Source of the DNA: Tubulanus polymorphus
Taxonomy: Eukaryota; Animalia; Nemertea
Length of the DNA: 64,000 nucleotides
Direction of reading: 5' to 3'
NCBI RefSeq assembly: GCF_964204645.1
Contig: NC_134030.1
Span: 7,855,122-7,919,121, forward strand
Shown here: positions 50,233 through 60,561 of the stretch, one piece after another
How the letters are laid out: every line of letters begins with the position of its first letter
How positions within the stretch are numbered: position 1 is the first letter of the stretch
Made by a program: the position numbers and the translations under genes
Notes under the pieces: generated by a model
The model's database searches: none
The model's input: only the letters and a program-made list of their open reading frames with translations
Told to the model about the DNA's origin: nothing

Positions 50233-51145
50233 ATGTACAGAGAGGTAATAATGAATTCTATAACCATGTTACGGACAGTAGTTGTGACTTTTGTGTTAAC
50301 GATTTTATTACCATATCGACACGGTAAGTAATCTTATAATGCGTTTTGACCGGTGATGGGTATTTTTTTCAAAAAATATGTGGCAATTATAGAAGATTCG
50401 TGAACAACCAAATCTGAATTAATTCATATAGGAGTTCATTGTCTGCGATGTTTTTCGTGCGGGTATTTCGAAACGATGCCTAGCCATCTTGCGCTGGCTT
50501 TCACAAAAGATTCGAAACCCGGCTGCCTTACTCCGGTCAACGCAGCCGATATTATCCAAGACTGCAAGGATGGCTACAGATGCGGGGTAAGTCTCCGGTA
50601 AAGACTTCTAAAATAGGAAAAATGTTGATGTTGGTAAAATTGTATGAATTTTCGTATTTTTGCTTTGAAATGTTTGCAGTCAACTCTCGATGTACCGCCC
50701 TCCCATATACCACTACCCCCGCCTACCGCCAGGTTTTCTCAATGTACATCTTTATACAACTACATAGTAAAACATCCCCGATATACCGCCATACTCTCTA
50801 TACCGCCAAAATCGTTCTGCACCGATGTGGGCGGTATATCGGGGTTCGGTTGAATCTATCGAGAGAATTTGTGTACATTATAAGTGTCACCCTTGATTCT
50901 ATTTCGTCTTACCGTACGATTCTTAACAATTTCAGGAATCGTTAGCGATGCTAGGTAAGCTCGAATTCTACACGAGATCGTGTGTGACGTCAGTATCCTG
51001 CGGCCTGGATTTCGGACAAATCATATCGCAAGTGGACCACAGGCTTACAGGTGTGCTACGATGTTGCGACACCGAACTGTGCAATGATACACCGTCGATG
51101 AATATGACGAAACCACCGCCAAATTTTATGTATTTTCATCATTAA
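50233..51145 (+). CDS. Ly6/uPAR (three-finger) domain protein, apparently secreted
   Basis: Exons 50233-50323, 50432-50586, 50936-51145 (456 nt, in frame). Signal peptide MLRTVVVTFVLTILLPYRHGVHC, then LRCFSC...C...C..C...RSC..C...CCDTELCN (10 Cys, diagnostic CCxxxxCN). The start could be any of three in-frame ATGs. Confidence 0.85.
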
Positions 51146-51514
51146 TCAGTTGGGGATTTATGAAAAACAAATGTTTCACTAAACCTGACTACTTTACTTA
51201 TTTCGGAATGTCATTTCCGCATAATTTTTTCGCTACCTCTCTTTTCACGGACGAAATTTGGAAAAATTTGATGTAAATATTGACTAAAAGCATATGTACA
51301 AATAACGCATGGTTAAGTCAAACACAGATGATGATATTTTGTCGACAGTAGTTACTGTTAGTCGCAATGTCTTGAGATTTTAGTTCGTCGACGTATGTCA
51401 CTGGATGTTGCAATGATTGGCTGCTGCGTCAGGTTTATGTCCCGCAATCTTCAACAAGAAGATCAATGGAACGTTCCCTTCATCCTTCCTTGCACTGCGC
51501 TTGGCATATTCGAA

Positions 51515-54500
51515 TCACGTCTGCGATGTTCTGAATGTTGGTTCATTTCTGGAGTCAGGTTCATTCCTTCGCTGAACCCGATGTGAATTATCTGTAGTAT
51601 CCCAGTCGTTCATTGAAACGTACTGAGGATTATCGTAACAATCTGTCTCATAATTCACCGAATCGTCTCTCACAAAATCAGGATTTTCAGATGCTCGGCG
51701 TAACTCGTCTGCCAAAACCAATCTCGAATGCATTTCGTCACGTAACTTCCCCCGACGCCTGAAATCCAAGATATCTTATCTTAATTTCTAACGGGAAATG
51801 AATTATTGCCGCGCAAACAACTGAGTTGGCAACTAAACCGAACGCACACAGCGAGACACACACCCGAAATACGAAACAGAAAAGCTTTTCTAGCTTGTTT
51901 CGCGACTGGGTGCGCTAATTCGAAACGGAGCATTTCAGGTTCATTATCTAGCGATGCTGGCACATCATGCACCATATTATACTGTACCTTCTATTTGCAA
52001 TGATGAAACCAAACAATGTTACCAGAACGACGAATACTATGAAGCATATTGCGGTTACCATGACCATCTCAGAGGAAATGACTTTCTGACTATTTCTGTT
52101 GAGATTCACTGCGGCATTTGCAGTTGTTGACGTATTACTACTTTTTGATGTAGTTAGTTTGACTGCGGAAGATGCATTTTCAGACGAAATGACGCTTGTT
52201 TTTGCTGTGGCTTGGAAGGTTGTTACATATGAATCCGTCTTTGGCCCATTGGTAGTGGTAAGGGGTTCAGTGGTAGTTGTAGGGGGTAGAGTGGTAGTTG
52301 AAGGGGGGTCAGTGGTGGTTGTAGGGGGTTCAGTGGAAGTTGTTAGGGGTAGAGTGGTGGTTGTAGGGGGTTCAGTGGTAGTTGTAGTGGGTAGAGTGGT
52401 GGTTGTAGGGGGTTCAGTGCTGGTAGTTGTAGGGGGTAGAGTGGTGGTTTTAGGGGGCTCAGTGTTGGTGGTTGGGGGTTCAGTGGTAGTTGAATGGGGT
52501 TCAGTGGTAGATGTAGGCGGTTGAGTAGTGGTTTTAGGGGGTACAACGATGGTTGTAGGGGGTAGAGTAGTGGTTTTAGGGGGGACTGTGGTCGTCGTAG
52601 GGGGTAGAGTGGTAGTTGTAGGGGGTAGAGTGGTAGTTGTAGGGGGTTTAGTGGTAGTTGTAGGGGGTTCAGTGGTAGTTGTAGGGGGTAGAGTGGTAGT
52701 TGTAGGGGGCACAACGATGGTTGTAGGGGGAAGAGTGGAAGGTTTAGGGGGTTCGGTGGTAGTTGTAGTGGGTACAGTGATGGTTTTAGGGGGTATAGTA
52801 GTTGTTGTAGGGGGGGTCGTGGTGGTTGAAGGGGGTTCAGTTCTAATTGTAGGGGGTTCGGTAGTTATAGGGGGTAGGGTGGTAGTTAGAGGGGGTTCAA
52901 TGGTAGTTGTAGGGGGGCCAGTGATAGGGAGTAGTGTGGTAGTTGTAGGGGGTACAGTGGTGGTTGTAGGGGGCTCAGTGGTAGTTGTAGGGGGTTCAGT
53001 AGTAGTTGTAGGGGGTTTAGTGGTAGTTGTAGGGGGTTCAGTGGTAGTTGTAGAGGGTTTAGTGGTAGTTGTAGGGGGTAGAGTGGTAGTTGTAGGGGAT
53101 TCAGTAGTAGTTGTAGAGGGTTTAGTGGTGGTTGTAGGGGGCTCAGTGGTAGTTGTAGGGGGTTCAGTAGTAGTTGTAGGGGGTTTAGTGGTAGTTGTAG
53201 GGGGTTTAGTGGTAGTTGTAGGGGGTTCAGTGGTAGTTGTAGGGGGTAGAGTGGTAGTTGTAGGGGGTTTAGTGGTAGTTGTAGGGGGTTCAGTGGTAGT
53301 TGTAGGGGGTAGAGTGGTAGTTGTAAGGGGTTCAGTAGTAGTTGTAGAGGGTTTAGTGGTAGTTGTAGGGGGTTCAGTGGTAGTTGTAGAGGGTTTAGTG
53401 GTAGTTGTAGGGGGTAGAGTGGTAGTTGTAGGGGGTTCAGTAGTAGTTGTAGAGGGTTTAGTGGTAGTTGTAGGGGGTTTAGTAGTTGTTGTAGGGGGCT
53501 TAGTGGTAGTTGTAGGGGGTTCAGTGGTAGTTGCAGGGAGTTTAGTGGTAGTTGTAGGGGGTTCAGTGGTAGTTGTAGGAGGTTCAGTGGTAGTTGCAGG
53601 GGATTTAGTTGTAGTTGTAGTGGGTTCAGTGGTAGTTGTAGGGGGTTCAGTGGTAGTTGTTGTGGATAGAGTGGTGGTTGTAGGCGGTTCAGTGGTAGTT
53701 GTAGTGGGTAGAGTGGTAGTTGTAGGGGGTTCAGCGGTAGTTGTAGGAGGTTCAGTGGTAGTTGCAGGGGATATAGTGGTAGTTGTAGGGGGTTCAGTGG
53801 TAGTTGTAGGGGGTTCAGTGGTAGTTGTAGTGGGTAGAGTGGTGGTGGTTGTAGGCGGTTCAGTGGTAGTTGTAGTGGGTAGAGTGGTGGTTGTAGGCGT
53901 TTCAGTGGTAGTTGTAACGGGTAGAGTGGTGGTTGTAGGGGGTTCAGTGATAGTTGTAGTGGGTCGAGTGGTGGTTGTAGGGGTCTTAGTGGTAGTTGTA
54001 GGGGGTTCAGTGGTAGTTGTAGGGGTTTCAGTGGTAGTTGTAGGGGGTTCTGTAGTAGTTGTAGTGGGTGGAGTGGTAGTTGTAGGGGGTTCAGTGGTAG
54101 TTGTAGTGGGAAGAGTGGTGGTTGTAGGCGGTTCAGTGGTAGTTGTAGTTGGTAGAGTGGTGGTTGTAGGGGGTAAAGTAGGGGTTGCTGGGGGGACAGT
54201 GGTGGTTGTCGTGGGTACAGGAGTGGTTTTTGTTGTAGTAGTCGATGGAATCGCTAGAATGCAGAAATAACTTCAAATAAGTCATCAAACTTCGTTATGA
54301 TATGATATAGAGCTCCCTATCAGAATACACACCTCTTACACAAACGTAGTAATTTGCAGTAGTGCACAGTTCATCCATCATCCCACTGGCGGCGATAGTG
54401 ATACACATCGATTTCCGGTTTTCGTTAAAACTATTCGGCCGACCAGGAGACCAATCCGTATAAATCATTGAAGATCCTTGAAATAGATTCATTTGATTTC

Positions 54501-56946
54501 ATTTCATTCATTGGAAGTAAGACTTTCTTACGCAATGATAGGTCCTTACCGTCACCGTGCAACCATAAACCACTGGTCACATCAATCCAAAATCCATATT
54601 CATATTGAACCGAAAGGTTGACTTTTGTTCGTAAATGTTGTCGCACATAGTTCTGTTTACTTCCGTCTGTTATATCCAGTAACGTTCCATTCATATTACG
54701 GCAGATTTCACGAGATTTGAACCACGACACGTATTTTCCTTCCTTGCTGACATACAAACAGAGTCCATTCGTCAATACGTACGGCAGGCTGCAATTTTGA
54801 ACACCTACAATAAAAATCTTTGACTTCATTGGGAAAAAAATCAGTCATTACTATTCACCAAAAACCTTAAGGAGCTACTATTTTCGTACCTGTTCGTTCG
54901 CAGATAAAACGGTCGGAATCTGTGCAGTCTGATTCCACCCAATTAAAGTTGCGGTTCGTTTTCAATAAGGCGCACATATTTGTATAACGATTTGAATCTG
55001 GCCGTGGTGTTTTCTTACCATCAACTTCGTGTATATCCCAACTTGAATACCATCGACCTTGAATAGAATTCGACAACAACATAAACACAGTTTTACGAAG
55101 AACTATGAAATTTGCTCTTTTTGAATGACTACTGAATGCGATATTCAAGATATCTAAGGCTTTTTGTATTGTTCACGAATCTACGACCCGATCTTGTAAG
55201 TCTTACCATGAATGGAATATATGTAATTTCGACGATCACCGCCGCATAGTTTCGTCGTATCCCCCTCACAAGGCATGTTACAGCCAGTGCCCATTCCAAA
55301 CTTGCCGTATGAATAGTCACAGAAACACTCATTCCCGAACTGCAATGGAATTCAATCTCGCATTTTTGTAACTACATTGATACCCAGCACGATCATGACG
55401 GGAGTCAGTCACCGAGTTATTTGTTACCTGTACGCTGGCATATTTATATCCTTTTCGTTTACTTTTGCAAGTCAACCGGCATACTTCAGGGGTATTGTCT
55501 CCGTCACGATTTTTGACTTCGTTTTTCAAATCTCGTTTCCAGTCTTTTATAATCCAGGCATCAGTCTCTTTGTAGCAGCCTTGAGCTGATAGGACCTCGT
55601 TTCCTAGAAAAAAATAGTTATTCCTTAATCATTAAGATACATAATCAAAAATTTTGCCAAGTTTCAATATTCCTAGCCACGTGATCAGTTTCTAGATACA
55701 AAATATCCATTTGAGGATCTTCATTCCCTTCCAGGTATAGAAGACCAACCCAATCGAGTCCCGCGTCTCCGCGCGTTAAACCTGGGAGTTGTTCATGTAC
55801 CCGAGTAAAATCACTAAATGATCCAACCTCGTAGATAACCTAGACTCGCACTGTCATTGACAGACAATGTTAACATTTTCAGATTTCAGATGTTACCCAA
55901 TTCAAAGCTTATGCCATGTATGTTGTCAATCAGTGTCTTTATTTTATGAAACACTTACTCATTCCGAAGCGCCAGTCTCCAATGCTCGCAGTGCTTCCAG
56001 TCCAGGCGCGTGCCATCTTACGTGTGGTAATTATATCCACTATGAAGTTACGTTCATCTTCAGATTTTAAATCAAGCAGCTTCGAACCCTGGTAATCAGA
56101 CATGCAGCTAGATTTTGCTTGATCTTTAGTCCGCTTAGTTTTGCTAAAGAAATAGCAGCTACCTTGAAATTCGACGCCATCTTTGCCGCAAACTTCTACA
56201 GCGGCTACTGTCGCTGGATTACCTGAACAAAACAGACATTTTTCATGGTACATATTGGTAGATGGTTTTCTATTCTAATCACGATTGGTAGAACAGCATA
56301 TCCGTGTTGACGCGATGTAGAGAGAATCCCTCAATGATAATAAAAAGTCCGAAAATGTAACTTCGAGATAGTAGTTTATTTCAACGTTTCGACTATATCC
56401 TAATAGTCATCTTCAGGAATAATGTAACGTAATAATGTAATGTAATAACGAATAATGTAATGTAATAACGTTGAAAAAAACTACTATCTCGAAGTTACAT
56501 TTTCGGACTTATTATTATCATTGTGGGATTCTCTCTTTTCTATTCTAATTTTATATGATGTTACAATGATTTTACATGATCCAATTTTACAAACGGTGAA
56601 GGATCTGATCTGCCCGACCATTACCAGGCCCTTGTCAAATCTTAAATGAGTTCACAATTTTTGAATTTGTGGATTGCAAGTGGTCTCGGAAGTGACTCGC
56701 TTTGCTTTGTTTATGCATTGCTTAGTATCGAGTGAGTGGTTTACGTGCGAAGGCGCTATCTAAATTAGGGACGGGCCAAATTTGACTCGAGTCTGATCTG
56801 CTCCAATTTGACTCGAGCCAAATCCTCTCCGCGTGATCGTAGCATATGGAAAATTGCTGTATTACGAACAAAACCCCGAAGCCAGACTTACCTGATTGTT
56901 GTGCGGATATGGTACTGAGTAACAAAACCCAGCGAATGAAAGGCAT
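51515..56946 (-). CDS. C-type lectin / WSC / mucin-stalk type-I membrane receptor, paralog B (~1234 aa)
   Basis: Exons 56946-56892 (signal peptide), 56222-55959 (CTLD1 N-half), 55603-55428 and 55339-55207 (WSC), 55057-54890 (CTLD1 C-half), 54804-54550 and 54476-54333 (CTLD2), 54253-51988 (PPTTTTE stalk + TM), 51758-51515 (tail with NPDF, YDNPQY). 3705 nt, in frame; intron positions and phases identical to paralog A. Confidence 0.9.
52250..54210 (-). repeat. 21-bp coding minisatellite (PPTTTT[E/L/K]), roughly 90 units
   Basis: Plus-strand unit GTAGGGGGTTCAGTGGTAGTT and variants tandemly repeated. Confidence 0.95.
56280..56535 (-). mobile_element. Penelope-like retroelement fragment with inverted terminal arm and 14-bp TSD
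   Basis: TSD TTTTCTATTCTAAT at 56266-56279 and 56536-56549; 56319-56388 is inverted at 56467-56536 around an AATAATGTAATGTAATAACG filler; contains a hammerhead motif. Confidence 0.75.
56376..56422 (-). ncRNA. Minimal type-I hammerhead ribozyme motif
   Basis: Minus strand TTATTC-CTGAAGA-T-GACTAT(TAGGAT)ATAGTC-GAA-ACGT-T-GAAATAA: intact CUGANGA/GAAA core, perfect 6-bp stem II, palindromic short stem III, GUU cleavage triplet. Confidence 0.7.
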
Positions 56947-57266
56947 CTTCAGCGTGACATTGATCGCAATAGAAATAAAACATATATCAGAAAGAGCCTA
57001 AACCTTTTTTCCATTATGTGTACTAAAAATGATAAGCAAGCGTTAACTTGCAAGATTGGTCGTTCATATCTTAACAAAACACCCAAGTCTATTAATTGTT
57101 CTAATGTAAATATGGCGTGATAAGTCACCTGAATGAATATGTATATATACAATGAAAATGTACTTCTAGGCCTAGTTTTCATTATCGCTTAGATCTATTT
57201 TTTTGACGTCAATGAACACCAACCGACGATTAAGAATATATCAAAATGCGATCTAGATAATTATTT

Positions 57267-58916
57267 TATGGTGGCTGATTGTGGCCATACTAAAAGTTAT
57301 TTCTATACGGCTAGAGCTACGATAAAAAATATTCACGTTGGCCCGTTTTTTGGTTTTCTCGCGCGAGAAAAGAAAACATTTTGGGTTGAAAAAACATTTT
57401 GGTTTTCTGACTGTCTATAGAGGCTGGACGTATCGGCCCCACTCCGCTCGACGTATCGGCCCCACTCCGCGCGGTGGCGCCACCCCGCGGGATTTACGCG
57501 AAGCAGCAGAACACAAACACGGCCACTCTCTCAATTTTCAATGATAGAAATCGTGTGTGCATTTCAATTATTTCGGCTGTTAGGGTTTTAAGGCACAATA
57601 TAAGTTGATGATGTGATATGGGGATGTTAATTAATGATAATTCCGCAGTGAAGCTAGTCACGAACGGTGCCGATTGAGTGTATAGCTGCCAAAAACACTG
57701 AAATGTGCGTAGTTGCGTAACTATTTGCAGTGAATTGCAGACGAAACATGAAGCCTTAACGGCCGTTTAAAAAAAAATTATACCAATCGCAATTGTAAAA
57801 TAAAAATGAGATAGAACCTAAGTTAAAATTCTGGCCATTTCTAAAATGTTATTAATTATTATTACTAATTTTTAGTCAGTGCGGAACGTTTAGTTTTCCA
57901 ACAATAATGAGGGGTGGTAGGTAGTCATGCAATTCAAGTCATCATTTATTACACGTTACTACCGTGTTGTTGAAAATCTCGCGAGTCCTGGACCAAACCC
58001 CAATGAACAATGTGATCTGTGTGCTGGCCACAAATGCACACAGATCACACTACACTACCCATTACACACTCCAGTACCCACAGCTTTCATATATCCATCC
58101 AAATATTTAGTGGCTTTCTTCCTGGGTGGCACCACCGCGCGGGATTTACGCGAAGCAGCAAAACACAAACACTCTCTCACTCTCTCAATTTTCAATGATA
58201 GAAATCGTGTGTGCATTTCAATTATTTCGGCTGTTAGGGTTTTAAGGCACAATATAAGTTGATGTTGTGATATGGCGATGTTAATTAATGATAATTCCGC
58301 AGTGAAGCTAGTCACGAACGGTGCCGATTGAGTGTACAGCTGCCAAAAACACTGAAATGTGCGTAGTTGCGTAACTATTTGCAGTGAATTGCAGACGAAA
58401 CATGAAGCCTTAACGGCCGTTTAAAAAAAAATTATACCAATCGCAATTGTAAAATAAAAATGAGATAGAACCTAAGTTAAAATTCTGGCCATTTCTAAAA
58501 TGTTATTAATTATTATTACTAATTTTTAGTCAGTGCGGAACGTTTACTTTTCCAACAACAATAAGGGGTGGTAGGTAGTCATGCAATTCAAATCATCATT
58601 TATTACACGTTACTTCCGTGTTGATGAAAATCTCGCGAGTCCTGGACTAAACCCCAATGAACAATGTGATCTGTGTGCTGGCCACAAATGCACACAGATC
58701 ACACTACACTACCTATTACACACTCCAGTACCCACAGCTTTCATATATCCATCCAAATATTTAGTGGCTTTCTTCCTGGATAAAAAATGTTTTACATTTG
58801 CCAATTTTTTTTTAATTCTCGCGCGAGTGTGAATTCTCGCGCCAATGTGAAAATTGTTGTATTGTTCCTCTAGCCGTAAAGAAAAAGTTTTTAGTATTGC
58901 CCAATCAGCCACCATA
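57267..58916. mobile_element. Non-autonomous DNA transposon related to the 8220-11994 element
   Basis: ~50-bp imperfect TIRs TATGGTGGCTGATTG...CTATACGGCTAGAG / CTCTAGCCGTAAAG...CAATCAGCCACCATA; same TATGGTGGCTGAT terminus; TSD not clearly preserved. Confidence 0.6.
57473..58779. repeat. Near-identical ~654-bp direct tandem duplication
   Basis: 57473-58124 and 58125-58779 differ by only a few substitutions and indels (duplicated ORFs at 57927 and 58581). Confidence 0.95.
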
Positions 58917-60561
58917 TCATTACGACACTTGAACTTCACGTAGATGGCTTCCGAAGACTAAAGTATAAGTGAACCATTGAGGTTTGGTCGTGACTGTTTA
59001 CCTGAAATTAGATAAGCGCGCCTATCTTATTTTCAAATTCTGGCTACGAATATCTTATCAAGTCCCGTAAGATAATCGTAGCCGGCTGTCTGAGATCTTA
59101 AAAAAGGAGTGCAGTTCTACCATGAACCATACGATTAAGTTTATAAAATTTAGTTGAAGTAAAAAAATAGTATTCATTCGCAAATGAACCAATCCTAGCA
59201 AATAAGGTAAGTATTTTGGTACCAAAATTATTCGAAGGCTATACTTCGAATTCGTTGTAACATTGAAACAGTTTATTCAAAGTTTATATAACATCAACTT
59301 CGAATAAAGATAATGACATCATTTCAACATCACTTCATCACTTCATCAGCTTTAAATTTGAATTTTAGCTTTATCGTCGAAAGGTTGATTATCGAGACAT
59401 TCCATCATTACCGGACGGCACTTCTAATCACGCATTTGATCATCCAGCCCCGCGTTGATGATTAATCTGGTCTTCAGCCAATGCCTGATAATATGATGGC
59501 CGGACTTGTCGAAGTAATTGATCTGCAAATGAGCCGCTAGACGTCGCGCCAATTTACGCTTGTTTCCAAATGCGTAGCGTTCAACGTAAGAATGCGGCAG
59601 ATGAATACGTTGGTAAAGATTTCCTCGAACGGATAGAAAACTTGACAGCCTCTTCTTAAATATTTCGTCAGCACTTAGCGAAATGATTATAAATCCAAGT
59701 TGTAGATGCCGAAGATCGTCATTTTTTTATCTCACCACTTTTAAAATATATATCCCAATAACAAATATTCACTTTTTGTCATTGAACCGTTTCAATTGTT
59801 TCATGGCATGATTTCAAAAAGGACACCTAAGAAATCATAGACCAGTGAAAAAAAATCAAATGAGGCTATTTGTCATTTAAGCAATTAAGACACTTTATTG
59901 TAACAATAGTCATATGATATTTTGGATTAGTGGACGGAATATGGTAAAACTATGGTAAAAGACAATTTTCCAAATACTGACTATAAGCTAAAAACTAAAC
60001 CCGTTCAATTTGACATTTTGTATTTTTTGTTTGAGACGTAGGGCCTACACGATAGACAGAAGTCAATGATCAATTCAGTCTTGCAAAAATACACGATTTG
60101 ACATATTGAATGAGACATAACGAGACAGACAGCAAGTCAATAAACAATACAATGGTCTATGTGATAAGTAACAATATATATATTTGAACCGCAATAAAAT
60201 CTATACCAGAATATTAGTTCACAGGTCTCGCCGACCTCGCCTTATTCGTACATGACCAACTGGGACTCAATTAACGAAATTATTTTCTAATTTTCTTATC
60301 TTATTTTTCCAATTCTTAACTCGGACCGATTTTGCCGATCTCATTGGTTTTAATGTAGATTCTTCTAATGTCTACAAAAGCGCAGTGTCATGGTTGGTAT
60401 TTCCAGGCGTAAAAAACTTAATTGGTTAAAAGGTTGGGCCTATATACATATACAACTGGGAGGTTAGAATCGTCTGTTTTTCATTGCCGTAATTCAGCTC
60501 AAAACACGCTCGAAGTAAAAAGTATTGTCATATCTACAGAACTAGATTGAGCGATTTCATT

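Noticed and set aside
52099-54270. Val/Gly-rich plus-strand ORFs (141 and 580 aa) and the PLQLPL ORF
   Set aside because: Antisense and alternative-frame shadows of the PPTTTTE mucin repeat; the minus-strand frame splices correctly into a full gene.
57927-58832. Duplicated 111/83-aa ORFs with CxxC
   Set aside because: Lie within a tandemly duplicated transposon interior; no recognisable domain or splice structure.
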